Source: Eledone cirrhosa
Lineage: Eukaryota
Assembly (NCBI GenBank): GCA_964016885.1
Contig: OZ024743.1
Coordinates: 53,072,001-53,136,000, forward strand
Direction: 5' to 3'
DNA: 64,000 nt
Each line of letters opens with the position of its first letter. Position 1 is the first letter of the stretch. The translations under genes were made by a program, and so were the position numbers. The notes beneath the pieces are model-generated. The model saw only the letters and a list, made by a program, of their open reading frames with translations, ran no database searches and was not told the DNA's origin. Positions 13,321-26,200 of this stretch are shown here, one piece after another.

Positions 13321-16300
13321 AATTGGGATAGTTGTGAGAGTACTACACTAATTGGGGTAGTTGTGAGAGTACTACACTAATTAAGATAGTTGTGAGAGTA
13401 CTACACTAATTAAGATAGTTGTGAGAGTACTACACTAATTGGGATAGTTGTGAGAGTACTACACTAATTAAGATAGTTGTGAGAGTACTACAGTAATTGG
13501 GGTAGTTGTGAGAGTACTACACTAATTAAGATAGTTGTGAGAGTACTACACTAATTAAGATAGTTGTGAGAGTACTACACTAACTGGGATAGTTGTGAGA
13601 GTACTACACTAATTATGATAGTTGTGAGAGTACTACACTAATTAAGATAGTTGTGAGAGTACTACACTAATTGGGATAGTTGTGAGAGTACTACACTAAT
13701 TAAGATAGTTGTGAGAGTACTACAGTAATTGGGGTAGTTGTGAGAGTACTACACTAATTAAGATAGTTGTGAGAGTACTACACTAATTATGATAGTTGTG
13801 AGAGTACTACACTAATTAAGATAGTTGTGAGAGTACTACACTAATTAAGATAGTTGTGAGAGTACTACACTAATTGGGATAGTTGTGAGAGTACTACACT
13901 AATTAAGATAGTTGTGAGAGTACTACAGTAATTGGGGTAGTTGTGAGAGTACTACACTAATTAAGATAGTTGTGAGAGTACTACACTAATTAAGATAGTT
14001 GTGAGAGTACTACACTAACTGGGATAGTTGTGAGAGTACTACACTAATTATGATAGTTGTGAGAGTACTACACTAATTAAGATAGTTGTGAGAGTACTAC
14101 ACTAATTAAGATAGTTGTGAGAGTACTACACTAATTGGGATAGTTGTGAGAGTACTACACTAATTAAGATAGTTGTGAGAGTACTACACTAATTGGGATA
14201 GTTGTGAGAGTACTACACTAATTGGGATAGTTGTGAGAGTACTACACTAATTAAGATAGTTGTGAGAGTACTACACTAATTAAGATAGTTGTGAGAGTAC
14301 TACACTAATTGGGATAGTTGTGACAGTACTACACTAATTAAGATAGTTGTGAGAGTACTACAGTAATTGGGGTAGTTGTGAGAGTACTACACTAATTAAG
14401 ATAGTTGTGAGAGTACTACACTAATTATGATAGTTGTGAGAGTACTACACTAATTAAGATAGTTGTGAGAGTACTACACTAATTAAGATAGTTGTGAGAG
14501 TACTACACTAATTGGGATAGTTGTGAGAGTACTACACTAATTAAGATAGTTGTGAGAGTACTACAGTAATTGGGGTAGTTGTGAGAGTACTACACTAATT
14601 AAGATAGTTGTGAGAGTACTACACTAATTAAGATAGTTGTGAGAGTACTACACTAACTGGGATAGTTGTGAGAGTACTACACTAATTATGATAGTTGTGA
14701 GAGTACTACACTAATTAAGATAGTTGTGAGAGTACTACACTAATTAAGATAGTTGTGAGAGTACTACACTAATTAAGATAGTTGTGAGAGTACTACACTA
14801 ATTGGGATAGTTGTGAGAGTACTACACTAATTAAGATAGTTGTGAGAGTACTACACTAATTGGGATAGTTGTGAGAGTACTACACTAATTGGGATAGTTG
14901 TGAGAGTACTACACTAATTAAGATAGTTGTGAGAGTACTACACTAATTAAGATAGTTGTGAGAGTACTACACTAATTGGGATAGTTGTGACAGTACTACA
15001 CTAATTAAGATAGTTGTGAGAGTACTACAGTAATTGGGGTAGTTGTGAGAGTACTACACTAATTAAGATAGTTGTGAGAGTACTACACTAATTAAGATAG
15101 TTGTGAGAGTACTACACTATTTAAGATAGTTGTGAGAGTACTACACTAATTAAGATAGTTGTGAGAGTACTACACTAATTAAGATAGTTGTGAGAGTACT
15201 ACACTAATTAAGATAGTTGTGAGAGTACTACACTAACTGGGATAGTTGTGAGAGTACTACACTAATTATGATAGTTGTGAGAGTACTACACTAATTAAGA
15301 TAGTTGTGAGAGTACTACACTAATTATGATAGTTGTGAGAGTACTACACTAATTAAGATAGTTGTGAGAGTACTACACTAATTAAGATAGTTGTGAGAGT
15401 ACTACACTAATTAAGATAGATGTGAGAGTACTACACTAATTATGATAGTTGTGAGAGTACTACACTAATTAAGATAGTTGTGAGAGTACTACAGTAATTG
15501 GGGTAGTTGTGAGAGTACTACACTAATTATGATAGTTGTGAGAGTACTACACTAATTAAGATAGTTGTGAGAGTACTACAGTAATTGGGGTAGTTGTGAG
15601 AGTACTACACTAATTATGATAGTTGTGAGAGTACTACACTAATTAAGATAGTTGTGAGAGTACTACACTAATTCAGATAGTTGTGAGAGTACTACACTAA
15701 TTGGAGTAGTTGTGAGAGTACTTCACTAATTGGGGTAGTTGTGAGAGTACTTCACTAATTGGGGTAGTTGTGAGAGTACTTCACTAATTGGGGTAGTTGT
15801 GAGAGTACTACACTAATTGGGGTAGTTGTGAGAGTACTTCACTAATTGGGGTAGTTGTGAGAGTACTACACTAATTGGGGTAGTTGTGAGAGTACTTCAC
15901 TAATTGGGGTAGTTGTGAGAGTACTACACTAATTCAGATAGTTGTGAGAGTACTACACTAATTGGGGTAGTTGTGAGAGTACTACACTAATTCAGATAGT
16001 TGTGAGAGTACAACACTAATTCAGATAGTTGTGAGAGTACTACACTAATTGGGGTAGTTGTGAGAGTACTACACTAATTGGGGTAGTTGTGAGAGTACTA
16101 CACTAATTCAGATAGTTGTGAGAGTACTACACTAATTGGGATAGTTGTGAGAGTACTACACTAATTATGATAGTTGTGACAGTACTACACTAATTAAAAT
16201 GTGAGAGTACTACACTAATTGGGATAGATGTGAGAGTACTACACTAATTAAGATAATTGTGAGAGCACTACACTAATTAAGATAGTTGTGAGAGTACTAC

Positions 16301-19300
16301 CCTAACTGGGATAGTTGTGAGAGTACTACACTAATTATGATAGTTGTGAGAGTACTACACTAATTAAGATAGTTGTGAGAGTACTACACTAACTGGGATA
16401 GTTGTGAGAGTACTACACTAATTCAGATAGTTGTGAGAGTACTACACTAATTGTGGTAGTTGTGAGAGTACTACACTAATTCAGATAGTTGTGAGAGTAC
16501 TACACTAATTATGATAGTTGTGAGAGTACTACACTAATTAAGATAGTTGTGAGAGTACTACACTAATTGGGATAGTTGTGAGAGTACTACACTAATTATG
16601 ATAGTTGTGAGAGTACTACACTAATTGGGATAGTTGTGAGTGTACTACACTCATTAAGATAGTTGTGAGAGTACTACACTAATTGGGGTAGTTGTGAGAG
16701 TACTACACTAATTAAGATAGTTGTGAGAGTACTACACTAATTGGGGTAGTTGTGAGAGTACTACACTAATTGGGGTAGTTGTGAGAGTACTACACTAATT
16801 ATGATAGTTGTGAGAGTACTACACTAATTAAGATAGTTGTGAGAGTACTACACTAATTAAGATAGTTGTGAGAGTACTACACTAATTAAGATAGTTGTGA
16901 GAGTACTACACTAATTGGGATAGTTGTGAGAGTACTACACTAATTCAGATAGTTGTGAGAGTACTACACTAATTGGGGTAGTTGTGAGAGTACTACACTA
17001 ATTCAGATAGTTGTGAGAGTGCTACACTAATTGGGGTAGTTGTGAGAGTACTACACTAATTCAGATAGTTGTGAGAGTAATACACTAATTGGGGTAGTTG
17101 TGAGAGTACTACACTAATTGGGGTAGTTGTGAGAGTACTAAACTAATTCAGATAGTTGTGAGAGTACTACACTAATTGGGATAGTTGTGAGAGTACTACA
17201 CTATTTGGGGTAGTTGTGAGAGTACTACACTAATACAGATAGTTGTGAGAGTACTACACTAATTGGGGTAGTTGTGAGAGTACTACTCTAATTGGGATAG
17301 TTGTGAGAGTACTACACTAATTATGATAGTTGTGACAGTACTACACTAATTAAGATGTGAGAGTACTACACTAATTGGGATAGATGTGAGAGTACTACAC
17401 TAATTAAGATAATTGTGAGAGCACTACACTAATTAAGATAGTTGTGAGAGTACTACCCTAACTGGGATAGTTGTGAGAGTACTACACTAATTATGATAGT
17501 TGTGAGAGTACTACACTAATTAAGATAGTTGTGAGAGTACTACACTAATTGGGGTAGTTGTGAGAGTACTACACTAATTATGATAGTTGTGACAGTACTA
17601 CACTAATTGTGATAGTTTTGAGAGTACTACACTAATTGGGGTAGTTGTGAGAGTACTACACTAATTATGATAGTTGTGAGAGTACTACACTAATTGGGAT
17701 AGTTGTGAGAGTACTACACTAATTAAGATAGTTGTGACAGTACTACACTAATTAAGATAGATGTGAGAGTACGACACTAATTGGGATAGTTGTGAGAGTA
17801 CTACACTAATTGGGGTAGTTGTGAGAGTACTACACTAATTCAGATAGTTGTGAGAGTACTACACTAATTATGATAGTTGTGAGAGTACTACACTAATTAA
17901 GATAGTTGTGAGAGTACTACACTAATTGGGATAGTTGTGAGAGTACTACACTAATTATGATAGTTGTGAGAGTACTACACTAATTGGGATAGTTGTGAGT
18001 GTACTACACTCATTAAGATAGTTGTGAGAGTACTACACTAATTGGGATAGTTGTGAGAGTACTGCACTAATTGGGGTAGTTGTGAGAGTACTACACTAAT
18101 TATGATAGTTGTGAGAGTACTACACTAATTAAGATAGTTGTGAGAGTACTACAGTAATTGGGGTAGTTGTGAGAGTACTACACAAATTGGGGTAGTTGTG
18201 AGAGTACTACACTAATTCAGATAGTTGTGAGAGTACTACACTAATTGGGGTAGTTGTGAGAGTACTACACTAATTCAGATAGTTGTGAGAGTACTACACT
18301 AATTGGGGTAGTTGTGAGAGTACTACACTAATTCAGATAGTTGTGAGAGTACTACACTAATTGGGGTAGTTGTGAGAGTACTACACTAATTTGGTTAGTT
18401 GTGAGAGTACTACACTAATTCAGATAGTTGTGAGAGTACTACACTAATTGGGATAGTTGTGAGAGTACTACACTAATTGGGGTAGTAGTGAGAGTACTAC
18501 ACTAATTCAGATAGTTGTGAGAGTACTACACTAATTGGGGTAGTTGTGAGAGTACTACACTAATTAAGGTAGTTGTGAGAGTACTACACTAATTGGGGTA
18601 GTTGTGAGAGTACTACTCTAATTGGGATAGTTGTAAGAGTACTGCACTAATTATGATAGTTGTGAGAGTACTACACTAATTAAGATAGTTGTGAGAGTAC
18701 TACACTAATTGGGGTAGTTGTGAGAGTACTACACCAATTGGGGTAGTTGTGAGAGTACTACACTAATTCAGATAGTTGTGAGAGTACTACACTAATTGGG
18801 GTAGTTGTGAGAGTACTACACTAATTCAGATAGTTGTGAGAGTACTACACTAATTGGGGTAGTTGTGAGAGTACTACACTAATTCAGATAGTTGTGAGAG
18901 TACTACACTAATTGGGGTAGTTGTGAGAGTACTACACTAATTGGGGTAGTTGTGAGAGTACTACACTAATTCAGATAGTTGTGAGAGTACTACACTAATT
19001 GGGATAGTTGTGAGAGTACTACACTAATTGGGGTAGTTGTGAGAGTACTACACTAATACAGATAGTTGTGAGAGTACTACACTAATTGGGGTAGTTGTGA
19101 GAGTACTACACTAATTAAGGTAGTTGTGAGAGTACTACACTAATTGGGGTAGTTGTGAGAGTACTACTCTAATTGGGATAGTTGTGAGAGTACTACACTA
19201 ATTATGATAGTTGTGACAGTACTACATTAATTAAGATGTGAGAGTACTACACTAATTGGGATAGATGTGAGAGTACTACACTAATTAAGATAATTGTGAG

Positions 19301-22300
19301 AGCACTACACTAATTAAGATAGTTGTGAGAGTAGTACACTAACTGGGATAGTTGTGAGAGTACTACACTAATTATGATAGTTGTGAGAGTACTACACTAA
19401 TTAAGATAGTTGTGAGAGTACTACACTAATTGGGGTAGTTGTGAGAGTACTACACTAATTATGATAGTTGTGACAGTACTACACTAATTGTGATAGTTTT
19501 GAGAATACTACACTAATTGGGGTAGTTGTGAGAGTACTACACTTATTATGATAGTTGTGAGAGTACTACACTAATTGGGATAGTTGTGAGAGTACTACAC
19601 TAATTAAGATAGTTGTGACAGTACTACACTAATTAAGATAGATGTGAGAGTACTACACTAATTGGGATAGTTGTGAGAGTACTACACTAATTGGGGGTAG
19701 TTGTGAGAGTACTACACTAATTCAGATAGTTGTGAGAGTACTACACTAATTATGATAGTTGTGAGAGTACTACACTAATTAAGATAGTTGTGAGAGTACT
19801 ACACTAATTGGGATAGTTGTGAGAGTACTACACTAATTATGATAGTTGTGAGAGTACTACACTAATTGGGATAGTTGTGAGTGTACTACACTCATTAAGA
19901 TAGTTGTGAGAGTACTACACTAATTGGGATAGTTGTGAGAGTACTGCACTAATTGGGGTAGTTGTGAGAGTACTACACTAATTATGATAGTTGTGAGAGT
20001 ACTACACAAATTAAGATAGTTGTGAGAGTACTACAGTAATTGGGGTAGTTGTGAGAGTACTACACAAATTGGGTAGTTGTGAGAGTACTACACTAATTCA
20101 GATAGTTGTGAGAGTACTACACTAATTGGGGTAGTTGTGAGAGTACTACACTAATTCAGATAGTTGTGAGAGTACTACACTAATTGGGATAGTTGTGAGA
20201 GTACTACACTAATTGGGGTAGTTGTGAGAGTACTACACTAATACAGATAGTTGTGAGAGTACTACACTAATTGGGGTGTTGTGAGAGTACTACACTAATT
20301 AAGGTAGTTGTGAGAGTACTACACTAATTGGGGTAGTTGTGAGAGTACTACTCTAATTGGGATAGTTGTGAGAGTACTACACTAATTATGATAGTTGTGA
20401 CAGTACTACATTAATTAAGATGTGAGAGTACTACACTAATTGGGATAGATGTGAGAGTACTACACTAATTAAGATAATTGTGAGAGCACTACACTAATTA
20501 AGATAGTTGTGAGAGTAGTACACTAACTGGGATAGTTGTGAGAGTACTACACTAATTATGATAGTTGTGAGAGTACTACACTAATTAAGATAGTTGTGAG
20601 AGTACTACACTAATTGGGGTAGTTGTGAGAGTACTACACTAATTATGATAGTTGTGACAGTACTACACTAATTGTGATAGTTTTGAGAGTACTACACTAA
20701 TTGGGGTAGTTGTGAGAGTACTACACTTATTATGATAGTTGTGAGAGTACTACACTAATTGGGATAGTTGTGAGAGTACTACACTAATTAAGATAGTTGT
20801 GACAGTACTACACTAATTAAGATAGATGTGAGAGTACTACACTAATTGGGATAGTTGTGAGAGTACTACACTAATTGGGGTAGTTGTGAGAGTACTACAC
20901 TAATTCAGATAGTTGTGAGAGTACTACACTAATTATGATAGTTGTGAGAGTACTACACTAATTAAGATAGTTGTGAGAGTACTACACTAATTGGGATAGT
21001 TGTGAGAGTACTACACTAATTATGATAGTTGTGAGAGTACTACACCAATTGGGATAGTTGTGAGTGTACTACACTCATTAAGATAGTTGTGAGAGTACTA
21101 CACTAATTGGGATAGTTGTGAGAGTACTGCACTAATTGGGGTAGTTGTGAGAGTACTACACTAATTATGATAGTTGTGAGAGTACTACACTAATTAAGAT
21201 AGTTGTGAGAGTACTACAGTAATTGGGGTAGTTGTGAGAGTACTACACAAATTGGGGTAGTTGTGAGAGTACTACACTAATTCAGATAGTTGTGAGAGTA
21301 CTACACTAATTGGGGTAGTTGTGAGAGTACTACACTAATTCAGATAGTTGTGAGAGTACTACACTAATTGGGGTAGTTGTGAGAGTACTACACTAATTCA
21401 GATAGTTGTGAGAGTACTACACTAATTGGGGTAGTTGTGAGAGTACTACACTAATTGGGGTAGTTGTGAGAGTACTACACTAATTCAGATAGTTGTGAGA
21501 GTACTACACTAATTGGGATAGTTGTGAGAGTACTACACTAATTGGGGTAGTTGTGAGAGTACTACACTAATTCAGATAGTTGTGAGAGTACTACACTAAT
21601 TGGGGTAGTTGTGAGAGTACTACACTAATTAAGGTAGTTGTGAGAGTACTACACTAATTGGGGTAGTTGTGAGAGTACTACTCTAATTGGGATAGTTGTG
21701 AGAGTACTGCACTAATTATGATAGTTGTGACAGTACTACACTAATTAAGATGTGAGAGTACTACACTAATTGGGATAGATGTGAGAGTACTACACTAATT
21801 AAGATAATTGTGAGAGCACTACACTAATTAAGATAGTTGTGAGAGTAGTACACTAATTGTGATAGTTTTGAGAGTACTACAATAATTGGGGTAGTTGTGA
21901 GAGTACTACACTAATTATGATAGTTGTGAGAGTACTACACTAATTGGGGTAGTTGTGAGAGTACTACACTAATTAAGATAGTTGTGACAGTACTACACTA
22001 ATTAAGATAGATGTGAGAGTACTACACTAATTGGGATAGTTGTGAGAGTAGTACACTAATTGGGGTAGTTGTGAGAGTACTACACTAATTATGATAGTTG
22101 TGACAGTACTACACTAATTCAGATAGTTGTGAGAGTACTACACTAATTAAGATAGTTGTGAGAGTACTACACTAATTATGATAGTTGTGAGAGTACTACA
22201 CTAATTATGATAGTTGTGACAGTACTACACTAATTGTGATAGTTTTGAGAGTACTACACTAATTAAGATAGTTGTGAGAGTACTACACTAATTAAGATAG

Positions 22301-22583
22301 TTGTGAGAGTACTACACTAATTATGATAGTTGTGACAGTACTACACTAATTGTGATAGTTTTGAGAGTACTACACTAATTAAGATAGTTGTGAGAGTACT
22401 ACACTAATTAAGATAGTTGTGAGAGTACTACACTAATTAAGATAGTTGTGAGAGTACTACACTAATTGGGGTAGTTTTGAGAGTACTACACTAATTGTGA
22501 TAGTTGTGAGAGTACTACACTAATTATGATAGTTGCGACAGTACTACACTAATTGGGATAGTTGTGAGAGTACTACACTAATT
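13321..22583. repeat. 29-bp tandem satellite, ~320 units: aatt-[aagat/gggat/ggggt/atgat/cagat/gtgat/aaggt]-agttgtgagagtactacact
   Basis: Continuous 29-bp periodicity over ~9.26 kb; variation concentrated in one 5-nt segment. Confidence 0.98.
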
Positions 22584-23280
22584 GCCTTGTTTGTTCTGAC
22601 CTTCTCTAAACTGAGTTCAAATCCAGCTGAGGTCAACTTTGCCTTTCATCCTAAAATAAAGTACCTGACAAATCCTGGGGTTGATTTAATTGACTTTCCC
22701 TCTCACTACAACAGCATTACTCATTCTGGCTCTGAGTTCTGAGTTCAAAACACTATTTCTTCTTAATATTCTGAGTTCAAACCCCACCAAGGTCAATTTT
22801 TCCTTTTATCCTTTTGGGATCAATAGAATAAAATACCACTGAAATAGTGAGATCAATATAATCGAATTTCCCTTTCCATCCAAATTGCAGGCCTTGTGTT
22901 TAAATTTTCATTATTATTAGTAGGAGGCAGTTGATTGACAGTATTGGTAGAATTTCGAACACCATGGTTTGCGGCATAGAGTTACTGCCCTTTACGTTTT
23001 AAGTTCAAATCCTGCCAAGGTTAGCTTTGCCTTTCATCCTTATGGGGTCGATAAAATAAAGTACCAGTAATGCACTGGGTTTGATTTAATCGACTTTCCC
23101 CTCTCCCCAATTTGCTGGCCTTGTGCCTATAGTAGAAATCATTATTATTATTATTATTAGAGGAAGTTGATTGACAGTATCGGTAGAACATCGGACTCCA
23201 TGATTCGTGGCATAGAGTTGCAGCCCTTTACGTTCTGAGTTCAAATCCCACTGAGGTTAGCTTTACCTTTCATCATTACA
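22584..23280 (+). mobile_element. Cluster of four tRNA-derived SINE copies or fragments
   Basis: Repeated (ctg)agttcaaatcc..aggt(c/t)a(a/g)ctttgcctttcatc cores near 22610, 22770, 23000 and 23235, with (att)n tails. Confidence 0.85.
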
Positions 23281-23289
23281 GGAATGTAC

Positions 23290-26200
23290 ATACAGACCAG
23301 TTGAATTGCTTGAGGTCTGGTTCCGTCGGGACCTCCAGATGGACAAAAACTGGGAGAAGGTAATAAACAGAGTGGCCAATCTCAATCAAAAATGGGCTGA
23401 GAGGAAGCTATCCATGAAAGGTGAAGCAGAGGTGGCTAATGCATACCTCACATCTGTCATCTACTGCTGCCTGACTGTAGAGGTGACTAATGCATACCTC
23501 ACATCTGTCATCTACTGCTGCCTGACTGTAGAGGTGACTAATGCATACCTCACATCTGTCATCTACTGCTGCCTGACTGTAGAGGTGACTAATGCATACC
23601 TCACATCTGTCATCTACTGCCGCCTGACCATAGAGGTGACTAATGCATACCTCACATCTGTCATCTACTGCTGCCTGACTGTAGAGGTAACTAATGCATA
23701 CCTCACATCTGTCATCTACTGCTGCCTGACTGTAGAGGTGACTAATGCATACCTCACATCTGTCATCTACTGCTGCCTGACTGTAGAGGTGACTAATGCA
23801 TACCTCACATCTGTCATCTACTGCTGCCTGACCATAGAGGTGACTAATGCATACCTCACATCTGTCATCTACTGCTGCCTGACTGTAGAGGTGACTAATG
23901 CATACCTCACATCTGTCATCTACTGCTGCCTGACTGTAGAGGTGACTAATGCATACCTCACATCTGTCATCTACTGCCGCCTGACCATAGAGGTGACTAA
24001 TGCATACCTCACATCTGTCATCTACTGCTGCCTGACCATAGAGGTGACTAATGCATAGCTCACATCTGTCATCTACTGCTGCCTGACCATAGAGGTGACT
24101 AATGCATACCTCACATCTGTCATCTACTGCTGCCTGACCATAGAGGTGACTAATGCATACCTCACATCTGTCATCTACTGCTGCCTGACTGTAGAGGTGG
24201 CTAATGCATACCTCACATCTGTCATCTACTGCCGCCTGACTGTAGAGGTGACTAATGCATACCTCACATCTGTCATCTACTGCTGCCTGACCATAGAGGT
24301 GATTAATGCATACCTCACATCTGTCATCTACTGCTGCCTGACTGTAGAGGTGACTAATGCATACCTCACATCTGTCATCTACTGCTGCCTGACTGTAGAG
24401 GTGACTAATGCATACCTCACATCTGTCATCTACTGCCGCCTGACCATAGAGGTGACTAATGCATACCTCACATCTGTCATCTACTGCTGCCTGACTGTAG
24501 AGGTGACTAATGCATACCTCACATCTGTCATCTACTGCTGCCTGACTGTAGAGGTGACTAATGCATACCTCACATCTGTCATCTACTGCTGCCTGACTGT
24601 AGAGGTGACTAATGCATACCTCACATCTGTCATCTACTGCCGCCTGACCATAGAGGTGACTAATGCATACCTCACATCTGTCATCTACTGCTGCCTGACT
24701 GTAGAGGTAACTAATGCATACCTCACATCTGTCATCTACTGCTGCCTGACTGTAGAGGTGACTAATGCATACCTCACATCTGTCATCTACTGCTGCCTGA
24801 CTGTAGAGGTGACTAATGCATACCTCACATCTGTCATCTACTGCTGCCTGACCATAGAGGTGACTAATGCATACCTCACATCTGTCATCTACTGCTGCCT
24901 GACTGTAGAGGTGACTAATGCATACCTCACATCTGTCATCTACTGCTGCCTGACTGTAGAGGTGACTAATGCATACCTCACATCTGTCATCTACTGCCGC
25001 CTGACCATAGAGGTGACTAATGCATACCTCACATCTGTCATCTACTGCTGCCTGACCATAGAGGTGACTAATGCATAGCTCACATCTGTCATCTACTGCT
25101 GCCTGACCATAGAGGTGACTAATGCATACCTCACATCTGTCATCTACTGCTGCCTGACCATAGAGGTGACTAATGCATACCTCACATCTGTCATCTACTG
25201 CTGCCTGACTGTAGAGGTGGCTAATGCATACCTCACATCTGTCATCTACTGCCGCCTGACTGTAGAGGTGACTAATGCATACCTCACATCTGTCATCTAC
25301 TGCTGCCTGACCATAGAGGTGACTAATGCATACCTCACATCTGTCATCTACTGCTGCCTGACTGTAGAGGTGACTAATGCATACCTCACATCTGTCATCT
25401 ACTGCTGCCTGACTGTAGAGGTGACTAATGCATACCTCACATCTGTCATCTACTGCCGCCTGACCATAGAGGTGACTAATGCATACCTCACATCTGTCAT
25501 CTACTGCCACCTGACCATAGAGGTGACTAATGCATACCTCACATCTGTCATCTACTGCTGCCTGACTGTAGAGGTGACTAATGCATACCTCACATCTGTC
25601 ATCTGCTGCCGCCTGACTGTAGAGGTGACTAATGCATACCTCACATCTGTCATCTATTGCTGCCTGACTGTAGAGGTGACTAATGCATACCTCACATCTG
25701 TCATCTACTGCTGCCTGACTGTAGAGGTGACTAATGCATACCTCACATCTGTCATCTACTGCCGCCTGACCATAGAGGTGACTAATGCATACCTCACATC
25801 TGTCATCTACTGCCGCCTGACTGTAGAGGTGACTAATGCATACCTCACATCTGTCATCTACTGCCGCCTGACTGTAGAGGTGACTAATGCATACCTCACA
25901 TCTGTCATCTACTGCTGCCTGACCATAGAGGTGACTAATGCATACCTCACATCTGTCATCTACTGCTGCCTGACTGTAGAGGTGACTAATGCATACCTCA
26001 CATCTGTCATCTACTGCTGCCTGACTGTAGAGGTGACTAATGCATACCTCACATCTGTCATCTACTGCCGCCTGACCATAGAGGTGACTAATGCATACCT
26101 CACATCTGTCATCTACTGCCACCTGACCATAGAGGTGACTAATGCATACCTCACATCTGTCATCTACTGCTGCCTGACTGTAGAGGTGACTAATGCATAC

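Noticed and set aside
13321-22583. CRISPR-like array (constant repeat plus variable segment)
   Set aside because: The variable part is only 5 nt drawn from a few recurring states; there are no unique spacers and no cas genes, and the context is eukaryotic.
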